This document shows positions 20,223-28,819 of a stretch of DNA of 64,000 nucleotides, piece after piece. The position numbers and the translations under genes were made by a program. Position 1 is the stretch's first letter. The number at the start of each line of letters is the position of its first letter. This DNA is from an uncultured Methylomirabilota bacterium. GTDB lineage: Bacteria; Methylomirabilota; Methylomirabilia; Methylomirabilales; 2-02-FULL-66-22. The stretch is from contig CAWJSJ010000002.1 in the NCBI GenBank assembly GCA_963845565.1, positions 64,001-128,000 of the forward strand, given 5' to 3'. The notes beneath the pieces are model-generated. The model had not been told where the DNA came from and searched no databases. It worked only from the letters and a program-made list of their open reading frames with translations.

Positions 20223-20981
20223 GAGATCGCCTCCTCCCTTCCACTACGCCGCGCCGCCCGACGAGCAGGCAGCGGCCGGCCGCTCCCGATCCGCCCGGCC
20301 CGCCAGTGTGGCGGCGAGGGGCGACCCGGTCGAACGGGTCGACGCCGTACTCCCCAGCGATCGCGGGACACAGGTTCGAACGCCGGCTGTCGCGCTTGCT
20401 ACGACGGATCGCGGGCCGCTGCGTCCTGTCGCAGCGAGAAGGCTCAGGGATTAAAGCGGACTTGTCAAGGGCGCACCCATCAACGCCTGTCGTCCGCAAT
20501 TATTCTCGCGCACGAATCGCGCTGCCATCGTCTCGAAGCCATACGGCTCTGTGCGTTGCACAGACACGCGGACTCCCCCGCTTCAGGCTGGGCCTGGGAC
20601 TCACACCATAGTCTGCGTGGCTAACAGTAGACAGGGGAGTCTATCAGCGCAGAATACACAAAGGCCGGATCGGCGGCTATCGGGGCGAGAGCACAGGGAG
20701 CTGCGGTGGGGCTCTAGATCACCACCTCCTGAGGAGGTGCTGTTCCGCCAGCCGCTCTGATGACTCGGGTGAGCGAAGGCAGTGTCCAGCCAGCGGCCCC
20801 CAGCTTCGGGAGTGACCTGGGGATCGGGACAAGCGCGGGACCGATCCGCAAGCTCCCGCGGTGTTCCGAGCGAAAACATCCAGGCCAGGGAGCGAGGTGA
20901 TTAACAGAGTGACGCCAGTCGGCATACGAATCCAAGTCGCGTATAACACGCTTTACTTGCACAAATTGCCAACGTATTAGG

Positions 20982-21188
20982 ATGGCGACCGATCGCCTCG
21001 CCGGCCTGATCGACCGGTTTCCGCCGGGCCTGATCGAAATCTACACCCACCCGGCGACGGCGGACGCATTCGCCGGATCGGCGCCGAACTACCGCTACCG
21101 CGACGAACTCGCGGCGCTCGTCGATCCGGCCACGGTCGCGGCGGTGCAGCGCTGCGGCCACCGCCGCGGCGGCTTCGGCGACGTCTGA
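20982..21188 (+). pseudogene. C-terminal fragment of HpnK/ChbG(YdjC)-family deacetylase
   Basis: PGLIEIYTHPAT...GSAPNYRYRDELAAL matches the HpnK C-terminus; N-terminal part is absent and composition shifts abruptly at ~20981. Confidence 0.6.
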
Positions 21189-21207
21189 CGGACGGTCCGT
21201 TCCGCCA

Positions 21208-21798
21208 TCAGTTCCGCCCGGCGACGCGCTCAAGCTTCTTGCTTAGCACCCACGACAGGCAGAGGAATGCGATCAGCATCACGACGCCGAGGCCGGACGA
21301 GGCGTCGCTCATGAGCTTCTCGGAAACCTGGCCGAAGGCGAATCCGGCCCAGACAACGGCGCATGCCCACAGGCCGGCGGCGACGAAGTTGAGCGCCAGG
21401 AAGGTCGACCACGGCATCGGCGACATTCCGTAGGTGAAGCCGGCGACGCCGCGGATGCCGTGCGGATACCGATGCAGCAGGATCATCCACACCTGATGAC
21501 GTTCCGCCAGCCGCACCACGATATCGACGGATCGCGCCAATCTGGGAAAGCGTGCGAACAGGCTCATGCCGAACCGTCGCCCGATCCAGAAGCGGACGGC
21601 GTCGCCGGTGAAACTGCCGATCCAGCAGACCGCGACCAGCGTGCCCAGGCTCAGAGCACCGGAGTGCGCCGCATAGCCGGCGAACAGCGTGAACAGCATG
21701 CTGTGCGAGGCGGCATAGCTGAACACGATGGTGTAGGCCGCGTCGCCGTGCTGGCGGACGAGTTCGAGAAACGAAGCGAGATCGGTTGGAATCGGCAC
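21208..21798 (-). CDS. DedA family membrane protein
   Basis: GSFTGD..RFWIGRRFG, RYPHGIR, F.ALNF..A..WA; GGAGG RBS before GTG. Confidence 0.85.
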   Translation of the reverse strand: MPIPTDLASFLELVRQHGDAAYTIVFSYAASHSMLFTLFAGYAAHSGALSLGTLVAVCWIGSFTGDAVRFWIGRRFGMSLFARFPRLARSVDIVVRLAERHQVWMILLHRYPHGIRGVAGFTYGMSPMPWSTFLALNFVAAGLWACAVVWAGFAFGQVSEKLMSDASSGLGVVMLIAFLCLSWVLSKKLERVAGRN

Positions 21799-21967
21799 GT
21801 CGCCTCCATATCGAAGGGCTTCAACCGAATAATCGGGAACCACAGGCCGCAAGTATGCCAGACCTCGAAGTGCGCTTCTGATCGTTGGTACGGCTGTCAG
21901 CTCCCGGACGAACCTGGCTTGACAGAGATCCGAGGATGTGGTTTCATAATGTCCGGAGGTGACTACA

Positions 21968-22288
21968 ATGCGAAAATCAGTGCCCCGACCCAAACAACAC
22001 AGAGGGAAAGTACCCACCGGACGGGCGTCCATCGGCATCCGGGCGCTCAAAACCAATGCCTCGGCCATCCTGAAGGACGTCCGCGCCCGCCACATCACGT
22101 ACGCCGTGACGCGACGGGGTGAGGTGGAGGCCCTGATCGTTCCCGTGGATGTCGGAGAACGGCTCCTGCCAATTTCTCAGCAGGACCAAGCCTGGGACGC
22201 CTGGGAGGCCTTGGCGACCACACTCGCCTCCGAGACAGTCAGCAAGCGTCGCTCAGCCGTCGCGGAACTCGCGGACATGCGACGATAG
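21968..22288 (+). CDS. Phd/YefM-like antitoxin
   Basis: IGIRALKTNASAILKDV...YAVTRRGEVEALIVP; directly upstream of PIN toxin. Confidence 0.8.
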   Translation: MRKSVPRPKQHRGKVPTGRASIGIRALKTNASAILKDVRARHITYAVTRRGEVEALIVPVDVGERLLPISQQDQAWDAWEALATTLASETVSKRRSAVAELADMRR

Positions 22289-22729
22289 ATGCGGCTACTC
22301 ACCATCGACTCCAGTGTTTTTGTCAGTCGGGCCCGCGCCCGGGAAGTGGGCCACCCGGAGAGTGCGGCATTTCTGCAGTGGGTGCGCGCGACGCGGCCCC
22401 GCCTCTTTATCCCGACGCTCGTGTTCCCGGAAGTCGCCGCGGCGCTGAGTCGAACCGGCAGCGATCGCGAGGTCGCGCACCGGTACGCTCTCGCGATCGC
22501 CTCCCTCCCAAATACCTTGCTGGTGGCGCTCGACGAAGAGGTCGCCCAGCAAGCGGCGGCCCTCGCGGCCCGGCACAAGTTGCGAGGCGCCGATGCGGTC
22601 TTTATCGCGGCCGCGGCGATGTTTGCGGCCGAATTGGTCACCCTGGATGCCGAGCAACGGGAGCGGGGTGCTGCGGTCGTTCAGACCCACACGCCACAGG
22701 CTTTCCTTGCCACAACCACAACACCATAG
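22289..22729 (+). CDS. vapC: VapC-type PIN-domain toxin
   Basis: IDSSVF, PEV, LRGADAVF, LVTLD acidic PIN residues. Confidence 0.85.
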   Translation: MRLLTIDSSVFVSRARAREVGHPESAAFLQWVRATRPRLFIPTLVFPEVAAALSRTGSDREVAHRYALAIASLPNTLLVALDEEVAQQAAALAARHKLRGADAVFIAAAAMFAAELVTLDAEQRERGAAVVQTHTPQAFLATTTTP

Positions 22730-22964
22730 CCCCCTTCCATTACGCAAGGCCACCTGGCCAGTACAGATTTCGTGTGAGGACTTGCTCTCGCGGGGGAGCG
22801 CGGCGTTCGACCATAGGTTCTAAAACAACTTGTTGTTGACTCAAATCCTGAGGGGATTCCACTCCGCCACCCCCCGTCCCCTCCGCGCCGAAGCCCACGG
22901 ACGCGGGCATCCTTCGGGTCAGCACCTATGGATGCGCGTGCATATGCGGCAAGCCTCCAGACAC

Positions 22965-22999
22965 CACAGGCCCCTGCGGGGCTTCCGCCGGGGCCTGTG
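22965..22999 (-). terminator. Hairpin just downstream of the att copy (probable ancestral tRNA terminator)
   Basis: CACAGGCCCC...GGGGCCTGTG inverted repeat. Confidence 0.5.
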
Positions 23000-23013
23000 T
23001 CAATCTTGGATGG

Positions 23014-23056
23014 TGGTGGGCGAAGGTGGTATCGAACCACCGACCCCCTGCTTGTA
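23014..23056 (-). repeat. att site: 43-bp duplicate of tRNA-Val 3' half
   Basis: Identical to 26285-26327 (tggtgggcgaaggtggtatcgaaccaccgaccccctgcttgta). Confidence 0.95.
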
Positions 23057-23299
23057 GCGCCACTGTTCATCACCCGATGTGCTCTGGTCGTGGCAAGCCA
23101 GAGACGTCGCTTACACACGGCACTTGAGCAGGCGGCGGTCGGCAGGCCTCGCCGCCTGCCGGAAAGCACTACGCAGTTGGTCCAGAGCTTCCGAGACGCG
23201 CGGCAGCGCCTGCTCGTGTCTTTCGGTAAACAGCCTTTTCATGAGCGTCCCAACCTCTCAATCCGCCCCGGTTTCCCTCACATGCCGACCCGCGGCTGC

Positions 23300-24439
23300 T
23301 CAAGGTCTTGTTCCCTGCGCCGGCCTCTCGCCCGTCCGATGCGCCTCGGCCAATGCGTAGCTCGTGCTGCGGCCACCTTCAGGCCCTCGGATAAGGATGC
23401 CGCGCTCCACGAGAGCGAGAATGTCGCGCAGTGCGGTGTCCTGCGAGCACTTCGCCAGCTTCGCGTATTTGGAGGTGGTCAGCTTGCCCTCGAACCCGTC
23501 GAGCAGACGATTCAGTACAAGTGTCTGGCGCTCGTTGAGCGGGACGCCGCGGACGCTCTCCCAGAAGTGAGCCTTGGCGAGGACCGAGCGGAGAATTTCA
23601 TGCGCACCGTCGATGGCGCGGCCGAGGCAGCCGAGAAACCACTCCATCCACAGCGTGACATCCATCGTCTCCTTCTGTGTGCGCTCAAGGATGTCGTAGT
23701 ACGCTGTACGCTCCTGGCGGATCTGCGTCGACATGCTGTAGAAGCGCTGAGGGCTCTCTTCTGAGCGGGCGAGCGCCATGTCGGCGATCGCGCGCGCGAT
23801 GCGCCCGTTGCCGTCGTCGAAGGGATGAATCGTCACGAACCACAGATGGCTCAGCCCTGCCTTCAACACGTCATCGGTATCCGCAGGCCTGCTGAACCAA
23901 TCGAGAAACGAGGCCATCTCCTGCTCGACGCGCACCGCTGGGGGTGCCGTGAAATGCACCCGTTCCCTGCCGATCGGCCCGGAGACAACTTCCATCGGTC
24001 CCGTGCCGTCGTCCCGCCAAGCCGCTACTCTGATCTTCCTCATGCCGCTGCGCCCGGTGGGGAACAGCGCGGCATGCCACGCGAACAGGCGTTCGCCGGT
24101 GAGCGGCTCTGCGTAACGGCGGGTGGCGTCGAGCATCATCTCGACGATTCCCTCGACGTCGCGGTCGATGGGTTTAAGCGCGCCCGCATCCATGCCGAGC
24201 CGTCGGGCGATCGAAGACCTCACTTGCTCCGCCTCGAGCTTCTCTCCCTCGATCTCGCTGGTCTTGACGATGTCGCTTGTTAGCGTTTGCAGAACGGCTT
24301 CCTGGCGGAGGTCAAACCCGAGGGCTTCCATGCGGCCGATCAACCGGCCCTGCCTGTGGCGCACGGACGCCAAGGGCTCCGCCAGACGGTCCTTGTCCCA
24401 GCGAAACTTCGGCCAGTCCTGAAGCTCATGGATGTACAT
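23300..24439 (-). CDS. Fic family protein (DUF4172-Fic-HTH)
   Basis: HPFDDGNGRIAR Fic motif; SEIEG; C-terminal HTH CSQDTALRDI; alternative start 24451. Confidence 0.93.
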   Translation of the reverse strand: MYIHELQDWPKFRWDKDRLAEPLASVRHRQGRLIGRMEALGFDLRQEAVLQTLTSDIVKTSEIEGEKLEAEQVRSSIARRLGMDAGALKPIDRDVEGIVEMMLDATRRYAEPLTGERLFAWHAALFPTGRSGMRKIRVAAWRDDGTGPMEVVSGPIGRERVHFTAPPAVRVEQEMASFLDWFSRPADTDDVLKAGLSHLWFVTIHPFDDGNGRIARAIADMALARSEESPQRFYSMSTQIRQERTAYYDILERTQKETMDVTLWMEWFLGCLGRAIDGAHEILRSVLAKAHFWESVRGVPLNERQTLVLNRLLDGFEGKLTTSKYAKLAKCSQDTALRDILALVERGILIRGPEGGRSTSYALAEAHRTGERPAQGTRP

Positions 24440-24440
24440 T

Positions 24441-24512
24441 CGCCGCTCCATCTGCGGAGATTATAATCCGGATTCGCCGCAATGGCAATATACGCCGCAC
24501 ATTCTGCGGAGA
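24441..24512 (-). promoter_or_regulatory. Fic promoter flanked by two palindromic operators
   Basis: TTGCCA(24488-24483)-N17-TATAAT(24465-24460); CGCCGC-N7-GCGGAG at 24441-24459 and 24493-24511. Confidence 0.7.
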
Positions 24513-24594
24513 ATACGCCTGGTAATCACCGCACGGCTCTGTCTCGCAAGGTGCATTTGAGCGTGTTCCTTCTCGCAGGGGCGTGTTCGGCGGG

Positions 24595-25830
24595 CTACCG
24601 CTCCTCCGGCGCCTTCCAGTTGAGGAAGCGCTGCAGAGCGTCGACTCCCCCGAAGAGAGCACGCGCCCGATGCAGTCGGTCGAGCAGTGCCACTCGGTCC
24701 TGTTCGCCGAGTGCAGCGGCGCGCCGCTCGGCATCTTCGAAGAACCCTTCGATTCGCTTTGCCAGGCCCCACGCTTCGATGAGCCCGAATAGCTGCTCTC
24801 GGCTCTCCTTGATGTTCTGGACCCGGCGTCGCTCCGCCTCTTCGCGTTGCCAGCGCTCGTGCTGCGCCTGCCACTCCCGCCGCCGGATCTCTGCTTGTCG
24901 CTCGCCCTCCGCGACGAGCCGCGCAATCGTCGCGGCCTCCGGTTCCAGTTCACGAACGATGTGCGGGATCTTCGCGCTGAGATCGCCCCCCTTCGCGTCG
25001 CGCCACTGCTTCTCCCACCGCGCATACGCATAGGGTGACGACGCGCGTAGACACAGTCTCCCGCTGGGCATGTCGCGCTTGTGAATCCAGTCATACGCCG
25101 CACGTCGCTTCGGCACCGGATGTTGAGCGACGGGAACGTACTTGCCGTCGACGTACCGAACATCGACCTCTGCGCTCAGCTCGAAAATGGTCAGCCCGAT
25201 GGCCACCGTCCCGATGTAGACGACGGTCGGACGGTCGGGCGCCCACCTGCCGTAGTTGTCTCGCTCGCGACCGCCTTCGCTGCGTTCGTCGACAACCGGT
25301 CGCTGAAGGTGTTGGTCGAGCGGCGCCAACGTGACTCGGTGCCCACGATCCTCCAGGGTGAGGAATAGCGCATTCGCCAGGTCGAGGGCGCGATCTAGTG
25401 TTCCCCTCGTGGCAAACACATCGACCAGGCGCCTCTTCGTCGGGCGTAGGTAGCCACTGTCCGATGCCCTGGCCGCTTGGAAATGCTCGCGCGCCCCAAT
25501 GAGGAGATCGTGTTCGGCGGGGCGCATCCTCCGGACGCGTGGAGTCCGTGTGCCCTCCTCCGGCGGTTTCGGCAACGCGCACGGAACTCGCCTGGGCTCG
25601 CCGTCCCGGGACCACTCGAGCTCATCGCCCGGACCCGCCTCCGGCAGATCTGGTTTCGGCGACGCCTTGCCAACTGCAAGCTTGGCCCAGTAGCCGCGTA
25701 CTGGGCGCGGCACAGTCAATCGCTTGCAGACGCGAGCGAGGAAACTCGAAGAGACGTTGTACCGAGCCGCGACTTTCGTCATCGGCTCGGCCCATACCTC
25801 TTCATAGAGTTTCTCGCGGGTGATGCCCAT
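24595..25830 (-). CDS. Island-associated hypothetical protein with N-terminal HTH-like motif and C-terminal coiled coil
   Basis: TREKLYEEVWAEPMTKVAARYNVSSSFLARVCKRLTVPRP.RGYWAK. Confidence 0.75.
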   Translation of the reverse strand: MGITREKLYEEVWAEPMTKVAARYNVSSSFLARVCKRLTVPRPVRGYWAKLAVGKASPKPDLPEAGPGDELEWSRDGEPRRVPCALPKPPEEGTRTPRVRRMRPAEHDLLIGAREHFQAARASDSGYLRPTKRRLVDVFATRGTLDRALDLANALFLTLEDRGHRVTLAPLDQHLQRPVVDERSEGGRERDNYGRWAPDRPTVVYIGTVAIGLTIFELSAEVDVRYVDGKYVPVAQHPVPKRRAAYDWIHKRDMPSGRLCLRASSPYAYARWEKQWRDAKGGDLSAKIPHIVRELEPEAATIARLVAEGERQAEIRRREWQAQHERWQREEAERRRVQNIKESREQLFGLIEAWGLAKRIEGFFEDAERRAAALGEQDRVALLDRLHRARALFGGVDALQRFLNWKAPEER

Positions 25831-26234
25831 GGTGGCTCGCTCCCGAAGCGGACCTACACTGCGCCACATTTCGTCCGGCCCGAGCACTGCCCCGGAATGT
25901 TGTGCCCTACTCACGTCACGGCTCGAACCCGGAATCGCACCTGATTCCGAGTGCGCGATTCGATGCACTCTATGGCGAGCAGGTGTAAGCGTCAAGGCCA
26001 AGCCAGCTAATGTGTCCCGAGTCTGTTTGCAGCGCACAGACCAGCGGGGAGCCTGTTGATTGCCTTACCCCCTGATGCTAACGCGATATTTGATCGCAGA
26101 TCGCCCCGCGCGCATCGGCCAGCACGACGAACACGTATCTGGCGAGGTACCAGGAGTTGAAATGGCTGAAGATCAGATGCAGATGTTAGAAGTAATGGTT
26201 ACCTATCTTCCCGGTTGCACACCCTTCGAAAGCC

Positions 26235-26268
26235 AAAGGCTCCGACGACTGCTCCGTCAGAGCCTTTG
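26235..26268 (-). terminator. Terminator hairpin downstream of tRNA-Val
   Basis: CAAAGGCTC.GACG...CGTC.GAGCCTTTG inverted repeat. Confidence 0.55.
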
Positions 26269-26284
26269 TTTCCCACAGGTTATC

Positions 26285-26359
26285 TGGTGGGCGAAGGTGG
26301 TATCGAACCACCGACCCCCTGCTTGTAAGGCAGGTGCTCTCCCCCTGAGCTATTCGCCC
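26285..26359 (-). tRNA. tRNA-Val (anticodon TAC)
   Basis: GGGCGAATAGCTCAGGGGGAGAGCACCTGCCTTACAAGCAGGGGGTCGGTGGTTCGATACCACCTTCGCCCACCA; cloverleaf, TTCGA T-loop, CCA end. Confidence 0.97.
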
Positions 26360-26462
26360 GAATCTGCTGTCCGCGCTTGGTAGTCTAGCCGGGTCGCGGT
26401 GTCTGGCAAAGCGAAATCGGCCGCCGGGTTCTTTCCCGTCCGGCGCAACCGCTGCGGCGTCC

Positions 26463-27227
26463 TCAGGGCAGGAGCGCGAGGGTCGCTCCGGCGTCCAGAG
26501 CCCGTTTCAACACCTTCAGTGCGACCAGCCCGAAGGCATCGATGGCGAAGTGGGCACCGATGGCCGGCCAGATCCTCCGGCGCCAGACGGCCAGGGCGCC
26601 GAGAGCGACCCCCGCCGTCGTCGTCTGCAGGAGACCCAACACGCCTTGGTATCCGTGCCCGGCGCCGAAGCAGAGGGCGCAGAGCAGGACGGCCAGGGCG
26701 TCGCGCCGGAGTCGCGCGCCCCGCGTGTCCGCCGCCGGCAGGGCGGCCCGCAATCGGCCGAGCACGAAGCCGCGAAAGACCATCTCTTCCCACACCGCGA
26801 CGAAGGCGGCCAGCGGCAGGATCGCCACCGCCGGCACGTCTGCCAGGACCCCCATCCAGTGCACCCGCTCCGCCGCCTGCGCCGCCAGGCTCCCGCGACT
26901 TGCGAGATAGCCAAGGCTGACCGCGATATTCATGACGTAGGTCCCGACGAACCCGAGTAGGCTCCAGCCCACCACGGCGCCGACCGGCTGGTATCCGAGG
27001 CCGAGGGACCCGCGCCACGCAACGTCGCGCCGGACGACGGATCGGACCGCGAACAGCATCACGAGGCCAAGGAGAAGCGCAGAGACCATCGGGGAGCCGT
27101 GGCGCAGCGGTGTGAGCCGGATGAGGAGGCCGCCCCCGTAGACCGCGCCGTAGAAGAGCAGCAGCAGCCCGGCGGCTTGCCGCAGCGCGACGCGGGGGGG
27201 AAGGCTCCACGGAAAAGGCGGGGTCAT
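26463..27227 (-). CDS. CPBP (CAAX/Abi) intramembrane metalloprotease
   Basis: WEEMVFRG, FGAGH, AIGAHFAID motifs; multiple TM segments. Confidence 0.9.
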   Translation of the reverse strand: MTPPFPWSLPPRVALRQAAGLLLLFYGAVYGGGLLIRLTPLRHGSPMVSALLLGLVMLFAVRSVVRRDVAWRGSLGLGYQPVGAVVGWSLLGFVGTYVMNIAVSLGYLASRGSLAAQAAERVHWMGVLADVPAVAILPLAAFVAVWEEMVFRGFVLGRLRAALPAADTRGARLRRDALAVLLCALCFGAGHGYQGVLGLLQTTTAGVALGALAVWRRRIWPAIGAHFAIDAFGLVALKVLKRALDAGATLALLP

Positions 27228-27426
27228 GGGACGGAACGGTTGGCCACAAGACGCACAAGAGTCACAAGGGGAGCAATGCCCCAGGCGTGCGACGCAGCCT
27301 GTCGGACATGTTCCTCCCGTGTTCGGGCAGTCGAATTCTGACGGAGAGTCCGGCTCGCCAAACAGGAATGAGATCGGCCGCTTTGATGCCTATCCAAATC
27401 TTCCCAAGTCATTCCACTACACTCAA

Positions 27427-27567
27427 GGCTGCTCAAAAAAGCCCAGACGCAAGGCGGTTTGCTGTAGGCCGAGTGAGGCGTACTGGAGGTACGCTGCAGC
27501 GAGTGCCGAGGCAAACGGGGTACCCGGCCGTAGGCTGGGTCACCGCGGTGGGCCTTTTTCAGCAGCC
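27427..27567. mobile_element. MITE-like element with ~20-bp terminal inverted repeats
   Basis: AGGCTGCTCAAAAAAGCCCA (27426-27445) vs reverse complement of 27549-27568, 18/20 identical; flanks CAA/TAA. Confidence 0.7.
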
Positions 27568-27618
27568 TAAGCCGTAGTCAAAGAATTACTGGACCAGAGA
27601 AATTCTGAAACGGCATAA

Positions 27619-27667
27619 GGAGCCGTAACGAAATCAAAAAATGGACAAGTTATTTCGTAACGGCTCC
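27619..27667. mobile_element. Minimal IS remnant: two inverted ends with TAA target duplication
   Basis: TAA|GGAGCCGTAACGAAAT...ATTTCGTAACGGCTCC|TAA, 15/16 inverted match. Confidence 0.55.
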
Positions 27668-28740
27668 TAAGCGGATTCTTCGTCGCGTTCCCTGAACTGC
27701 TCGAACGCGGCCTTGTTCGCCGCCTTGCGGTACGCTTCGCCGCCGGTGATGAGCTTCGCGTCCATCAGACGGCGCAGCGCGCTGTCGAGGGTCTGCATGC
27801 CGACCAGTGCCCCGGACTGGATCACGCTGGTGAGCAGATCGGTCTTGCCCTCGCGGAGGATGTTGGACACCGCCGCGTTGTTGACCAGAACCTCGACCGC
27901 CGCCACCATCCCCTTGCCGTCCGCCCGCCGCACGAGCTGTTGTGACACGACGCCGCAGAGCGACGTCGCGAGCATGCTCCGGATCAACATCTGCTCTCCC
28001 GCCGGGAACACGCTGACCATCCGATCGACGGTGGCGGCGGCGCTGCTGGTGTGGAGCGTGGCCAGCACCAGGAGTCCCGTCTCCGCTGCCGTGACGGCCA
28101 GGCCGATGGTCTCCAGGTCCCGGAGCTCGCCCACCAGGACGACGTTGGCGTCCTCGCGCAGGCTGGACCGCAGCGCCCCGGCGAAACTGTCCGCATTCAG
28201 CCCGATCTCCCGCTGGCTGATCAGGCAGTTTTTCTGGGGGTGGACAAACTCGACCGGGTCCTCGATGGTGATCAGGTGCTCTTTTCGGTCCTCGTTGATG
28301 AAATCCACCATGGCCGCGAGCGTGGTGGACTTTCCCGACCCCGTCGGCCCGGTCACCAGGATCAGCCCCCGCTTCTGCTTGCAGAAGGTCTTGAGGACCG
28401 CCGGCATGGCGAGCTCGTCCAGCGACCGAATGGTCGTCCGGATCACCCGGAACACGGCCCCCAGGCCCCCCAGATGCCGGAAGGCGTTGACGCGGAAGCG
28501 GGCCAGGCCGGCCACCTCGTAGGCGTAGTCGAGGCCGTGGCGCGACTCGAAGGCCTGCCGGACCGTCGCTTTCATGGTGTCGAGGATCAGGTCGGCGGTC
28601 TCGTCGCGGGTGAGCTCCCGGTACTTGACCGGAAACAGCTCGCCGTACAGCCGGATCCGGGGCGGATTCCCGGCCACCAGGTGGAGGTCCGACCCGTTCT
28701 GGTTCACCACCAGCTGCAGGAAGGTGTCGATCCGGTTCAC
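27667..28740 (-). CDS. PilT/PilU-family ATPase
   Basis: SDLHL, GPTGSGKSTT, TIEDPVEF, VLVGELRD, ATLHT, AVSNILRE, GMQTLD. Confidence 0.93.
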   Translation of the reverse strand: MNRIDTFLQLVVNQNGSDLHLVAGNPPRIRLYGELFPVKYRELTRDETADLILDTMKATVRQAFESRHGLDYAYEVAGLARFRVNAFRHLGGLGAVFRVIRTTIRSLDELAMPAVLKTFCKQKRGLILVTGPTGSGKSTTLAAMVDFINEDRKEHLITIEDPVEFVHPQKNCLISQREIGLNADSFAGALRSSLREDANVVLVGELRDLETIGLAVTAAETGLLVLATLHTSSAAATVDRMVSVFPAGEQMLIRSMLATSLCGVVSQQLVRRADGKGMVAAVEVLVNNAAVSNILREGKTDLLTSVIQSGALVGMQTLDSALRRLMDAKLITGGEAYRKAANKAAFEQFRERDEESA

Positions 28741-28819
28741 GGTACGTCGTTTCCGGCCCGCCGACGATCGGTCGAGCCAGCCTCGGCGCGGCGGGGCGAC
28801 GCCCCGCCGTCAGGCAGGG

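Larger units (their letters stand above)
23014..26327. mobile_element. tRNA-Val-integrated genomic island (about 3.3 kb including att sites), no integrase
   Basis: 43-bp direct repeats beginning in the anticodon loop flank two genes (Fic, hypothetical). Confidence 0.85.

Noticed and set aside
20601..20962. Short minus-strand ORFs
   Set aside because: No RBS or recognisable motifs; overlapping alternatives are equally weak
23014..23056. Second tRNA gene
   Set aside because: Only the 3' 43 nt are present; it is an att duplication
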